NCBI RefSeq assembly: GCF_006345805.1
Contig: NC_042998.1
Span: 156,860,001 to 156,924,000, forward strand
From: Octopus sinensis
Lineage: Eukaryota
DNA: 64,000 nucleotides
Direction of reading: 5' to 3'
Shown here: piece after piece, positions 12,980 to 25,931 of the stretch
Numbering within the stretch: position 1 is the stretch's first letter
Layout: the number at the start of each line of letters is the position of its first letter
The notes under the pieces: generated by a model
Database searches by the model: none
Told to the model about the DNA's origin: nothing
The model's input: only the letters and a program-made list of their open reading frames with translations
Position numbers and translations under genes: made by a program

Positions 12980-14167
12980 TTTAGTGTCGGTTATGGGGTA
13001 ATTTTTTATTACTGCATCTCTGTGCGATTTCATATCTTCGTCTGATACTTCTGGAGTATTTTGCTCAAGGTATGCACGTGATAGGGTATCTGCAACAATT
13101 GATTCTTTACCAGGTATGTGGTTTAGGTCAAAATCATATCTTTGTAATGTTAGTAGAAATCTTTGGATTCTGGGGGGGGGGGGGCATTTAGTGATCGATT
13201 TTTTGAATATTTGCTTCAACGGTTTATGGTCATTTTCGATTCTGAAATGAGTTCCATATATAAACTGATGAAATTTCTTGCATGCGAAAACTATACTGAG
13301 AGCTTCGCTCTCTATCGGACAATAGTTTTGTTCCGCTTGAGTTGTTGCACGAGATACAAACGAAACAGGTAGCCATCTTTCGTTGTGTTTCTGCTCAAGT
13401 ATCGCTCCGAGCCCATGCTTACTAGCATCTGTAGTTATTTTTTTACTTGTTGGCAGTGGCATGTGAATGATTGCTTGCACTTTGGTTGGATCTTGTTTTA
13501 TCCCTTCGCTGGTTAATAGATGCCCAATGTACGTGATTTGTGATTCATAGAAGATACACTTTGATTTATTTAACTTTAATCCGTGCTTTCGGATTCGATT
13601 GAAAACTTGTTGTAGTCTATTTGTGTGTTCTTCTAAAGTGCTGGACCAGATTATGATGTCATCCTGTGAATTTCTTGCTCCTTCTATGCCCTCTATTATT
13701 TTTGAAATTTCTTTTTGGAAAACTTCACTGGCGCTGTGAATTCCAAAGGGTAGTCGTGTGAAGCGATACCTTCCAAAAAGTGTGTTGAACGTTAACAGAT
13801 GGGAGCTTTCTTCGTCAACTGGAATTTGCCAGTATCCATTAGATGCATCGAGTTTCGAAAAATATTTAGCGTTATGCATTTGTGAAAAAATGTCCTACGC
13901 TGTAGGGAGTTTGAAATGTTGCCTTTTAATGGCTTTGTTTAGATTCTTGGGGTCTAAACAGAGTCGGAGTTTTCCGTTGGCTTTTTCAACGATGACTAGG
14001 GAATTTACCCAGTCTGTAGGTTCACTAACAGGTTTTATGATACCTAATTCTGTCATTCTTTTTAATTCTTTGTTGAGTTTTTCTTTTATAGAAAAAGGAA
14101 CCGATCTTGGTGGATGAATTACAGGAGTTATTTGTGGATCCACTGTGATATGATGTGTTATTGACAA
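12962..14167 (-). pseudogene. gypsy reverse transcriptase plus RNase H, disrupted
   Basis: LRLCLDPKNLN, KLDASNGYWQ, LPFG, SQDD, TDASKHGLGA, DHKPL, ADTLSR; in-frame stop at 13895 and connection region deleted. Confidence 0.9.
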
Positions 14168-14280
14168 AGTGCCGATTTCTCCGAAACAGTCTTCATATTT
14201 TTCTATTATGTCGTTTGTGTTCGACGAGTTTATTTTTGAAATTCTCTGAATTAGGTTCAGATCTTTAGCTGTTTTTGCAT

Positions 14281-14664
14281 CTATAACTCCAACTCTACCA
14301 CATACTCATCGAATTTTTGATGTTCCGCTTGTCCACATGTGAAGAATTTGTGTCTCAGGAAAGTTATGTTTTTCCTGGGTTCACAATATGCATCGAATTT
14401 TTCGATTACTGTTTGAAGGTTCATTTCTTCGTCGGGTGAATCAAAATCCAGAGTGGAATGGATGTCTCGGCCTTTGGAACCGATGCAAGTTAAAAACATT
14501 GAAGTTTTTACTTGGTCTGGCTTCATGTCACTTTCTGTTGCTATCAAAAAGAGATTGAATTCTTTTTTCCACTTTTTCCATGCTGCGGCTAGATTTTCCT
14601 GATTAAAGTCTAGGTCTTTTGGATGCGGTAAATTTTCCATTTCGTCTTTGAAGTATGATTTCAA
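14281..14664 (-). pseudogene. gypsy gag N-terminal fragment
   Basis: WKKWKKEF...FLTCIG...FDAYCEPRKN...RHKFF; zinc knuckles and protease absent. Confidence 0.8.
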
Positions 14665-16316
14665 CTTCTTCTTTCTTTTGGTTTCTGTATTTTGTGTTCT
14701 TTTAATATTCTGACACCATGTTGTTGTTATATATATATATAATGTATTGAGTATTAAAGGAAGTAGTGAGTACTTAGTATGAAAGATTAAGAAAATGAGA
14801 GAGACTGAAAAAACGTGTTAACGATACGAGATACTTTATTAGACTGCCGTTGTTGTACAAGGTATTTGTTGTGGCGGGAAACTTACTGAATGTCCTTGTA
14901 TCAAGGGAGACAATGGGCAACGTTGATTGTTCATGTTTGTTGTGATGATTACATAACAGTCCACTGACTTTTCCCGGTTAATTTTCGCTTCCGTTACCGC
15001 TTCGAGTTTTTTTAGTGTCACGTCGACCAGATCGATTTGACCGTAGCTAGACACTATGACGTATGTAGACACGCTCGTCCCACATCCCAATTGTCGCGGG
15101 ATGCCCCTTAGCGTCGCCAGCTTCCGCAGGGGCATCCTTGATGGACCGAACGTGCAATGTCAAATGGTCTGGATAGATGCCCATTCACGCAAACTACTGA
15201 ACGGATGCCGGTGTATAAAGCAGCAGTCCAGCCACGGAAAACGGGACCGAAACCAGCCGCTATGAGGACAGCCTCCAAATATCGATGGTGTACCCAACCG
15301 AAAACTTTGGATTGGTCCAAATTGATCAGCACCCCACCTATGACAGATTCCTTAACGACCATGTCTGCCCGGCACGGCGCACGTTTGTGCCTTGTCGACC
15401 TGTTTCTCTATGACAAGCGCCAACCTCTTCGCTACCATCTTGGTTAAAAGGCCTGAAGTTATCTATGAAGTTCCTCTAGTTTGGATCTTTCCTTAGCAGT
15501 GCCACTGCTCCACAGAAACGGAGATACTCCCGTTTTGCTGCCAGTTGCAGTAGACCGCTGCAAAGACGCATCCAAACCAGTCTGGCGTATGACAATAGAG
15601 TTCGTAGGACAGACCATCTAAGCCTGGCGACTTGTCTCCCGTACAGCCTGCCATCGCATCCCGTACGTCCACGGCTGTGATGGGTCTTTCGCAACACTCC
15701 GCCTCTCTTGTCGAGAGTCGTGACAGGCCATGCAAGTAGGTACTGAAGTCCACCCTGCGTTCTGGCTCGCCAGTTGTCTCGAACAGTCGAGCAAAGTGCT
15801 GCTGAAAGGCCTCACACATTTTTCTAGGCTCGAGTAATTCGCGCCCCTGTTCGTCTATCAGAGACCGAATAGTGACTTTGTTGCCTTATTGCGCCTCTGC
15901 CACTCGGGCACCTCACGCGACTCCAATACTTTCGCTTCTTAGAGCACGCATCCTAGCTCTGACAACGCATCCTTCGTGTTTGGTGTTGAAGTGTTGGTCA
16001 AGGGCCAACCTCGCCGCCAATACATTTGATGCGATGCCACATCTAATTGCCTCTTCTAGTTTCTTAATTGGATCTCCTTCTACCACTACATAGAGCTTAT
16101 GCCCATCCGGCAGCTCATTTAAATTTGGAATATTGTTAATCGAGTCCTGATCAATTTGTATCAAGATTTCGATTGATTTTCCAATCCAATTTTGCTGCTC
16201 TAGAACAGCAATCTTGAGGATGGTGTTATGTATTCTTTGGTAAGTGTTGGGACAATGAACAACTCATTGAAGGCGTTATTATGATTCTACGTGTTTATTT
16301 ACTTGGCATGTTTACA

Positions 16317-16374
<58 letters not shown>

Positions 16375-16637
16375 TGTGTGTGCGTGCGTGCGTGCGTTTG
16401 TGTGTGCATTTGTGTGTATTTGTGTGTGTGTGTGTGTGTGACTTTTTGTTATGAAATGTTGCAGTCAAATATTATTTGTCCTTTCTATTTTTATATTCTT
16501 ATTCTGTCAGACGATTTTCTACAAACTAGAACTATTTGGAAAATATTTTCATGTTTTGCTCATCAACTACTGAACTTCTCAACTAATTTGAGAAGTTCCA
16601 AAACCATTTCATGTCTTCATTCTTTCACACACACACA

Positions 16638-16685
<48 letters not shown>
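16317..16685. repeat. (TG)n and (CA)n microsatellites
   Basis: Visible dinucleotide runs at 16317-16440 and 16626-16685. Confidence 0.95.
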
Positions 16686-16687
<2 letters not shown>

Positions 16688-16907
16688 CAATAACTTGGCT
16701 TCGTTAGGACAGACAATATCCAGTATCAAAAGTTTTCAGTATGGCACATGAACCATGATCATCTATTCTATAATCAGTCATTAGGCTTATGTTCATTGTA
16801 TCTCATTTAAATCATTTTCGATAAATTACAAAATCATATATTTTAGAAGAGTTTATGTGGTAGGAAACGTGACGTACGTTTATTTCTCAAGGTTATTACT
16901 TGCAAAT

Positions 16908-17138
16908 AGATTCAAGTGAAGATTGAGATCATATCTCTGTATATACAGAGTCCACGTTAACACAGAATTATCAATGAACAAACCTTTATGCATGCGTGTA
17001 AATGTACAGGTATCTAAATCTAGAGATTCAACTGAAGATTGTGATCATATCTCTGTATATACAGAGTCCATGCTAGCACAGAATTATCAATGACCAAGCT
17101 TTATGTATGTATGCATGTTAATGTACAGGTATCTAAAT
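16908..17138. repeat. Tandem duplication of a ~115-bp unit
   Basis: gattcaa.tgaagattg.gatcatatctctgtatatacagagtcca...atgtacaggtatctaaat occurs twice. Confidence 0.85.
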
Positions 17139-17214
17139 ATGATTAGACTCCTTTTCTTAATGTTATCTTCGGTAAAATTTGAACATGACTAAAAACTGGG
17201 TCGATAGATTAAAC

Positions 17215-17304
17215 CAGTGGTTCCCAAACTTTTCTTTTTAATCACGGCGTACCTCATAAGTAGTCAAAACATTTTGGTGCGCTTTGTGCAAAAATTCTAA
17301 AATC
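17215..17304. mobile_element. hAT (Charlie-like) terminus interrupted by a solo LTR
   Basis: CAGTGGTTCCCAAAC hAT-type terminal sequence; other end not found. Confidence 0.5.
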
Positions 17305-18325
17305 TGTAAGGAATACAACCGTACGTAAGGAGTTGGTGACAAATGTCTCCTTTAAAACGCCGCACGGTCGCCACTAACAAAATAAGAAGCCACAATACAT
17401 AATATAAAATACAGTGCCAAAAGGAATGAATGATGACGACAACTGTTCTACTGTTTGAGAGAGAAGAAGACTTTATTTACAAAGTGTACAAAGAGAGCGT
17501 GTGTGAGTGCTAGCAAGGTGTAGTGTCTGTGTGCGTGCGACGAGTGTTTGTGTCTGTGTGTTCGTGTGTGCGACAGAAAGGTGAATGCATATATAACAGA
17601 AAACAGAGCTTAAGATGAATGTCTCAGCGTATTGAGTTAAGATGGAATTTGTTTACCAGTTCGTAAGTGAGGTATACGATAGCAAGTTCTATAACAAGAT
17701 GTTGGAGGTCACAAGGCAGAGGCCGGTTGAGCATATGTGCAGCGGTTGGGGCCTCAATGCCGTGCCGAGTCTCTTGATACAGAAAGTTCTTCAGGTAGAC
17801 TGTAACTGTTTTTCCTCGGTGAATATTCACAAACAACGTGAGTTTAAACTTGGTCGATGTTGATGTGTACATATTTGAAGTTGGCGGTGGTAATGGCGAC
17901 AGTGGAGGAGATGTCCTACGGTGCTGGTGTACAATAGCGTCTTCATGGCTATAGCAGTAGCATAGTTGGCTGGCTGGTCGTCGGTCGCTAGAACTGGAAC
18001 ACGGCTGAGTAGCTCTGTGGTCAGTGACTAGACCTTAGAAGGTCTAAAGCCAAAAGACCAGGAGTAGTGAAATGCTAGCTTATTTATAGGGTTTAGATGG
18101 CTCAAATGAGGGATCAGAAAAACAGTGTCACGAGACCTTATCCAAAGGCCGTGATTGGTTGGCTTACACACTGGCGCGAAATAAGTCGAAAGACAAACTG
18201 CGCCGAATGCCAACCAATCAGAACAGTGGACACAACAGGGTCAAACTAGCCAAAGATGGTTATAATCTCAAACGAGATCATTCCTAATGTATCTCTCAAA
18301 CAGTAAGGATATCAGATATGCTACA
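17305..18325 (-). mobile_element. Solo LTR (gypsy-type), 1021 bp
   Basis: TGT...ACA termini, 4-bp TSD AATC, TATAAATA and AATAAA on the minus strand, similar to 25932-26678. Confidence 0.85.
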
Positions 18326-18388
18326 AATCTATTCAAAAGGGGTTTTATTCATATTAGTATAACATAAACGATAAAGTGATATATAGAT

Positions 18389-19240
18389 AACTAGCTTAAG
18401 GTGACCCGCTCTACGTGCGGGTAAGAGTGTGGTTGTTACTTTCTGTTGCTTCCTTTCTGTTTTTTATCACCACATTCTCCCGCTTTGTTTCTCTCTCCTT
18501 TCTCTCTCACTTTCCCACTCTCTTACTCTTCCTTTCTCTCTGACTCTCCTTCACTTTCTCTTACTCTCTATCTTTCTCTATCTATCTCTCTCCCATTTAT
18601 AAACAACAAAAATCTTGAGTAAGTTGAGAAAGAAAATATTTAGAAAGATCAATCATAAATATCAGGCAGCAACAACGGAAAGGTCTGCTTCAGGGCAGAC
18701 AGCAAAACACTAACATTTAAAAGGGACAGACGAACTTGCGAGCTGAATAAAAAAAAAATATTGGAAACCAAAGTTTGAAGGGATAGAATCTGAGGATAGT
18801 AGAGTCACCATGGCTGGCATTTCTTAATGACCAACAGCAACATAGTGGCAGTTTAACGGCTGGCGTAAAATTTTGAACTTGATGTAAAAGAAAATTCCTA
18901 AACACCAAGTTTTGAAATGATTCTTTCTCACGACAGTAGACTCACCAATGCAAGCATTCAAAACTTCTTCATCATGGACGGCAACACATTGAAGATTTAA
19001 AGGCTGGCGCAAATTTTTTAGTTTGATGTAACAGAAAATTCCTAAACATCCGCTCCTGTAAATTTTAATCCCCTTCCAGCCCCATTTAGACCTCGTTTCA
19101 CATTTTGGTTAATATAACCCGATTCCATTCAAGTCTACTCGGGCCACATTTTATAAGATGAGGAATTTTGTCCTAGAGGTCACGCCTTTCATTTGAGGAA
19201 AAAAATAGTTGCCATGCAAACTCGCCAGCACTTTTAACAT
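18389..19240 (+). mobile_element. Helitron/Helentron-like non-autonomous element with internal ~140-bp tandem duplication
   Basis: Starts aactagc...acccgc-tctacgt-gcgggt hairpin, then a CT-rich tract; duplicated unit at ~18768-18904 and ~18905-19048. 3' end uncertain. Confidence 0.45.
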
Positions 19241-19350
19241 AGGTGTGCATATTTTCAGCTCAACCAACCACATAATGCACACATTATATATATATAAATA
19301 TATATATATACACGCATTAAATATATATATATATGTACATATATACGCAT

Positions 19351-19416
<66 letters not shown>

Positions 19417-19575
19417 CATTATATATACAAATGTATACAAATTATATATAAATACACACACACACACACACACACATATAAATTAACCCAATAAATATCT
19501 GATTCATAATATTTGTTCTCATGATTGTGTGGTGGTGGTGGCGATAATAAAACTCTCTATGAATGCAGACAGACG

Positions 19576-19619
<44 letters not shown>

Positions 19620-19669
19620 AAGAGAGAGGGAGGCGGTGAGGGAATGAGTGACAGCGCTGGCGAAGGCGG

Positions 19670-21040
19670 CGGGGAAAGATCTAATTCCCTTTTTCTCTCC
19701 CTCCCTCCCTCTTTTACCGGTTTCTATCTGCCTTTCTCTCTCCCCCTCTTTCTCTTTTTTCTCTCTCGTGACCATCATCCATCTTTTTTTTCATGCACGG
19801 ACGTTTAAAGGACTGTTCGTTTTTTTATCTCTCTTCTATCTTTTCTCTTTTCAAAGATAATATTTCTCCCAGCGTTCACTATTTTCCTCTCGTTTTGGTC
19901 TAACGGCCCTCCATGATTGTTTTCGTGTCTCCACTGTCCTATTTTTGTTTTCAACTTTGACCCTCCATAAATCCTAAATTTAATTTTAGAATTTATGGGA
20001 GCAACTGTCTTTGAAGACTAATATTGTCGTTGAATGCTCGAAATGAGGAGCAGATAGACAGGTGACAACTGATGAAGGGTCGTTTCTCTGGATTTACTTG
20101 TCCTGTTTTCCATTTTTTCTAGTTGTTTACATATGTAACTCGTTTGTCTACGTATTTCATGTTGCTTACACAGTTTTGTCTTTAGGAAGGAAGTGGAAGA
20201 AAGATGGATAACTGTTGGTCACGTGTGAGCAACGAGAGAGTCAAGAAGAAAAGTGTGTGAGAGAGAGAGAGGAAACGGTGAAGGGAAAAGGGTGGGAGAG
20301 AAAACCAGAAAGGAAGAAGAACAAGAGAGGGAGATAGAAAGAATAGATTTAGAATAAGACTACGCATTGTAATAAATAAAATAAAACTTACTTGGAAATG
20401 GATGTTTACATATTTAACTCGTTTGTCTACGTATTTCATGTTCTTTACACAGTTGGTGACGGCCTATACCCATATATAAATTCATATATATATATATATA
20501 AGTGACCGTCACGCATCCATTTCCAAGTAAGTTAATCTTCACCTTTTTGATGCGACTCTATATTGGTTTCTTCCACCATCCTTCTCTATTTCCCTTTTTC
20601 TCCCCTTCCTCTTTCACTGTTTTCTATCTGTCTCTCTCTGTTCCCCTCTTTCTCTTTTCTCTCTCCCGTTGCTCACACATACGGGGTCGTTTAAAGGATT
20701 GGACGTTTTTTCTCTCTTTTCTCTCTTTTCTCTTTCGAAGAAAATATTTCTCCCAGCGTTCACTATTTTCCTCTCGTTCTGGTCTAACGACCCTCCATGT
20801 TTGTTTTCGTTCGGTTTCCTTGCATGTTTCCACTGTACTGTTTTTGTTCCCAACTTTGACCCTCCATAAAACCTAAATTTTATTTTAGAATTTAGGGGAG
20901 CAACTGTCTTTAGAAACTAATATTGCCGTTGAAAGCTCGAAATGAGAGGTAGATAGACAGTTGACAACTGATGAAGGGTCGTTTCTCTGGATTTACTTTC
21001 CTGTTTTCCATTTTTTCTCTTGTTGTTTACGCAGTTGGTG
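19670..21040 (+). repeat. Two direct copies of a ~450-bp unit with a small inverted fragment (Penelope pseudo-LTR-like)
   Basis: ~19690-20130 matches ~20590-21030; acttacttggaaatggatg (~20387) is inverted to catccatttccaagtaagt (~20514). Confidence 0.65.
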
Positions 21041-21111
21041 ACATCCTGTACCCATATATGCATATATATTATTTATTATTCTTATTGTTGTTGTTGTTGT
21101 TATTGTTATTA

Positions 21112-21150
<39 letters not shown>

Positions 21151-21152
<2 letters not shown>

Positions 21153-23045
21153 TTTCTTCAAATTTTCTCCCATTTCTCGCTGAGTGTTTTCCGTACACCT
21201 AAGCAGAGAAGCTCATTGTATGTATTCCCAGATTACACACGCAAATTCACAGGTAAACTATGTATTTAAAAAATATATAAATTCATGAATGGATGTTGTT
21301 TTCACAGCAATAATGCACTTCTCAGTACATGAGTCGTTCTAGTTAACACGATTTTTTGCACTTCCTGTAGGGATGGTAAGCTTGGTATCATTTTCAAATA
21401 GGTTTTAGTACCTTTTTGTTTTGTTTTTTATCATTCCTAGAGATCCTACAATCACTGGTACTGTAGTCGCCTTGAGATGCCACATTTTTTCAATTTCTTT
21501 CTTTATATTTCAAGTCTTTATATTTACTGATTTTGTCAAATTCTTTCGCCACTATATTGTGATCGCAAGGAATACTCATGTCACTTGATAAACACACCTT
21601 TTTTGTCTGATCTTTTATAATAATATCCGGTTTATTAGCTTTTATAGTTTTGTACGGGGAAGTCTCATAGAATCGATACATTTTCTCCCTCAGTCACAGC
21701 TTCAGGATGGTGTTTATACTGTAGCAATATCGTCCATTTGTCAGTGGTTTTGATTTTATAATGCCGACATATTGTCCAGTGTAAATACTGGCCGATTCTG
21801 TCATGTCTTGCTAAGACTCTACACCCTGAGATCAGGTGGTCTATAGTTTCAATCTCATCGTTACAGAATCGGCATTTTGGGTCAGCTCCATTTTTTATCA
21901 CATTGGCTTGGTAGTTCCGGGTTAATAAACTTTGGTCTTGAGCAGCTAATATGAAACCTTCACTCTTTGCTTTTAGCCTTGATCTTCGTAACTATTAATG
22001 CGTGTGTTTCTGATCGACATCAGCTTGTTTGCTACGGGCCACATACTTGCCATGGAGAGGTTTCTGTTCCCATCTGCTAGCTAATTTTTCATGTGCTTTT
22101 GTCTTTGCAATTAATTTTATTTTCTTTGAAGCAGCAGTTGGCGCATTTCCTTCAACCTGATCAATCTGGTTGGTATCTAAGAGATCAGTAGTGAATTTTT
22201 TGCTCTCTTTCAGAATAGAGTGAAGTTTTTTCGGTCTTTCATGTTTTTCAATAAGTTTCAGCATCCAATCGTTGGTTGTTTCAAGGTATTTGGCCAGTCC
22301 GATTGCGGTGGTTTTGTACGTACGTTCAAGCTGGACCAAGCCTCGACCTCCCAGAGCTCTGGGAAGGTAAAGACGGTCCACGTCTGCCTTTGGATGGTGC
22401 ATCTTATTACAAGTCAGTAGCTTGCGGATTTTTCTATCAATTTTCATTATTTCAATGGTATTCCAGTTAAGCACATTGAAGCTATAAAGAACAACTGGGA
22501 CTGCTAAGGAATTTATGGCTAACACCTTACTATATGCATTCAGCTCAGACTTCAGGACTGCTCGAACTCTTCTATAACATCCCTTCCTAACTTTCTCTTT
22601 CATGCTTGCATGCTGGATACCAGAGCCTTCATTTATTCCTATGTATTTATAGGTTTGTTCCTGCTCAAGTTCCTTTATTACAGTTTCGACATCTAATTCG
22701 ATTGATCTTGACTTTACCAATTTCCCTTTCTTAAAAGTGGCTTTGGCATACTTTTCAAGGCCAAACTCCATCCCGATATCATCACTGAATCCTTTCACAG
22801 TATGTAGTAGTCCTTCAAGCTCTTCATCATCTTTGCCATATAGTTTTAAATCATCCATATAAAATAGATGGCTGTAGCCACACCCTGTTCTATTCAGTTC
22901 ACTTGAGAGTGGTATTAGTGCTATGCAGAAGATTAGTGGTGAAAGTGAGTCACCTTGGAAAATGCCACAGTTCATACTAATATTGTTTGAGCGCAATACT
23001 CCATTGGAATGATATAATTGGAGCTTCGTGTTCATTCTCATTAAT
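21151..23045 (-). mobile_element. R4/Dong-clade non-LTR retrotransposon (RT plus restriction-like endonuclease), 5'-truncated
   Basis: GIFQGDSLSP, HLFYMDD, RLYLPRALGGRGL, CRFC..ETIDHLISGC, RHD, KPDIII, KISKY; (TAT)n on both sides. Confidence 0.9.
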
Positions 23046-23119
23046 CTCAGTGCAGAGAGAAAAAAATTCTTTAAATTTGTTTAATAAATAATTAAATGTG
23101 GATTCTATAGCTGGAATGA

Positions 23120-23160
<41 letters not shown>

Positions 23161-23349
23161 TTTTTTTTCGAAAAATAGCAATAGATGTTTTGTTGCGAAT
23201 ATTCAAAACCGAAAGTTTGCAAGTGAGTTTTAAGCGAACAAGCTTAAAAACATCAGAAAGGGCGTGGTGGGAAGGGATGCTTGAAATTTTAGAAAAAATA
23301 TTTTCAGATTCATAATATCTGTATCTACGTAGAATCCGAACAATTTTTT

Positions 23350-23990
23350 TTTTTTAATTCTGGGTTCGATAAATTCGACTGAGTGATACGAGGCGGTGCC
23401 CTAGCATAAAAGGATTCTGGGATCGATATATTCGGCTAAAAATTCTCCAAGGCTGTGCCCCAGCATGGCTGCAGTCCAATGAGTGAAAAAAGGTAAAAAG
23501 GTTTTTAGAAAATAAAAAAAAGAAAAAAACCAAAAAGATATAACCGAGGCGGTTATAAAAAAATTTCAAGGGATTTGGCTGTTATTTCTAGAGAGATCTT
23601 CTGGAGAGATCTTCTAGGCTTAACTTCATGCGCTGGTTGAAAATCATTAAAGAAAAATTCTGGTGTCCATACATTCGACTAAAAATTCCTCAAGGTGGTG
23701 CTGCAGCATGGCTGCAACATGTAAAAAGAAAAAGAAAAAAAAAAACAACGAAATATATCACAGAAGTAGTTTTGATCAGGCTTTAAAAAAAGTCTGGGTT
23801 CCACACAGCTATCTAAAAATTCTTCAAGGTGGTGCCCCAGCAAGACCCGCCTCAGTCTAATAACTGCAACAAGTAAAAAACTAAAAAAAAAAAGAAATTC
23901 TGGTGTTGATACATTCAACTAAAAATTCTTCAACGCGGTACTCCAGCATGGCCACAATCTAATGACCGAAACAAGTAAAGGTTAAAAAAA
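23350..23990 (+). repeat. Tandem array of decayed SINE 3' ends
   Basis: aaaattct.caagg..gt.c.ccagcatggc module repeated 4-5 times. Confidence 0.6.
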
Positions 23991-24465
23991 AAAACGAAAA
24001 AATAACCGAAAACTATAACCGTGGGTCTTTTGTCCGAGGGGTTTTTGTCTGGGGGGCTTTTGTCCTACACTCGTTCTATATATGTTCATCGATATTAGAG
24101 CAGTCGTAGCATTGAAAAATTGTCACTCGAACGATGTCCTTGGTAGGCAGATAATTATATTGATATAAAAGGTGGATAGATAGACAGGTCACATACGACA
24201 GTAAGAAGATAGAAAGGTTGACAAACAGTTAAATATTGACGGGACAAGATAATTAGATACGGGAAAGGAAGAAGAAAGAAAGCTCATAATTAAAAAAAAA
24301 GTACGATCTCGTTACACCAACACCCAAGTCAGTTAAAGCTAAAGGAATTAAATCTCACGTAGGCACTGATATTAACCTGACAGATAAAATATTGATAACA
24401 AAGAGGGGAGCATGATGAAAAGAAACAACTAGAAAAAGGGAGAAAACAATAAAAATGGGTCAATA

Positions 24466-24487
24466 TAAAGATCTTCACCCGGGAACA

Positions 24488-24537
<50 letters not shown>

Positions 24538-25574
24538 GCCAGCCTGGTGGGTGTTGACAAGTATGTAGAAAACGAATATGAAAAAAAAATGCGCGCTGAC
24601 GATCATTTTACCGGAAGTTATGACAGAAAAATCAGATTTTGTGAATTTTCCGAAAGTCCCCTCCCTCCCGCGGGTCGTCAGCGCGCATTTTCTTTTTTCA
24701 TATTCGCTTTCTACATACTCTTTTTTTGACGGAATCCCACGTTTTTGGTTATGGAGGATCCGATTGTCAAAAAAAAATTTCAAAAATCGCATTTTCAAAA
24801 TTTCAGTTACTCCCCCACCACTTCATTTTTCACTTTTACAGGATTTTTTTTTTTGCGAAATACGTAGAAAATTTTGTGTGTTAAATTTCAAGCTTTCAAC
24901 AGAAATGATAAAAGAAAAGAATATATACCCTCAGGCCTTCAAGTAGGCTATCTACATGCTAGAAATAAAAGCCAAACCGTACAAAACTGCGATTACAATG
25001 TAATCAATCTACTCACCTTTCTGCAAAGATTTCTTTTAGATTAATTTACCGTAGTCATATGACAAAGTAATTCATGTGAAATAAAATTTTTTTTTTGTTT
25101 TTTAACTTTTTAAAAACGTTTTTCGAAATTTTTTTTTCCATTAGTCTACGTGGGAAAATACGGAGATTAAGAATATGGAAAAAATAAACAAAAATTTAAA
25201 TTTAATTTTTTCGGAATCGTAATCTTCGTATTTTTCTACGTATTTCGCAAAAAAAAAAAAAAACCCGGAAAATGTGAAAAATAAAAGGTGGATGTGTAAT
25301 TGAAATTTTGAAAGTGCGATTTTTGAAAATTATTTTTAGAATCGGATCCTCCATAACCATAAACCTAGGATTCAGTAAAAAAAAAAATCAATATATATCC
25401 ATTTTACCGAAAGTTATGACGGAAAAATCGGATCTTGTGAATTTTCCGAAAGTCCCTCCCCTCTCTGGGTCGTTAGCGCTTTTTTTTCATATTCGTTTTC
25501 TACATACTTGTTAACACCCACCAAAACTGGTTTATTATTATTTTTTATTTTTGTTCTCGGGTGAAGAAACTTTA
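24466..25574. mobile_element. Non-autonomous fold-back/MITE-like element with nested inverted repeats
   Basis: Outer IR tcttcacccgggaacaaa.../...tttgttctcgggtgaaga; inner IR ~24730-24870 vs ~25230-25375; no coding capacity. Confidence 0.7.
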
Positions 25575-25931
25575 GAAAGATAGATTAAAAGAAATACGGA
25601 CCAATTGGAATGTAGTCGGCCTACTGTAATTTTCCTTTCCAGTTGCTCCCATTGGCATGGCACCGTCAACTTCAAAGCTGTGGAGAGAAAGGTTTGTTAT
25701 TTATTCTACGCCTAGTTTGATTGAAATGCAAACATGCTACTAAGCATACGCATGTATTTACTGTGAATATGTACACTCTATTGGGAGGCCATGAACTCCC
25801 CTAAGTTCCTCGTCCATTGATAGGCCTTACTTATTGTCCTGCAGAGTTTACAAAATCACTCTCTGCACAAAGATAGCTTAGTAGGGTTGCCAGTTTAGTC
25901 GCCGATGACCTGACCGCGCAATGGTTACATG

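Larger units (their letters stand above)
11463..14958 (-). mobile_element. Ty3/gypsy (Mag-like) LTR retrotransposon, internally deleted
   Basis: LTRs 11463-11700 and 14719-14958 (TG..CA; 3 substitutions plus one AT indel), 5-bp TSD GTCCA, PBS TGGTGTCAGAA (tRNA-Leu), PPT adjacent to 11701. Confidence 0.95.
9915..16260 (-). mobile_element. Tx1/L1-clade LINE split by a gypsy insertion (LINE parts ~9915-11462 and 14964-16260)
   Basis: KSPGLDGLSYELY, LDQSKVFGWVHH, SVHQGCP; EAKINREKSVD resumes as LRLGTWRS on the other side of the LTR element. Confidence 0.85.
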
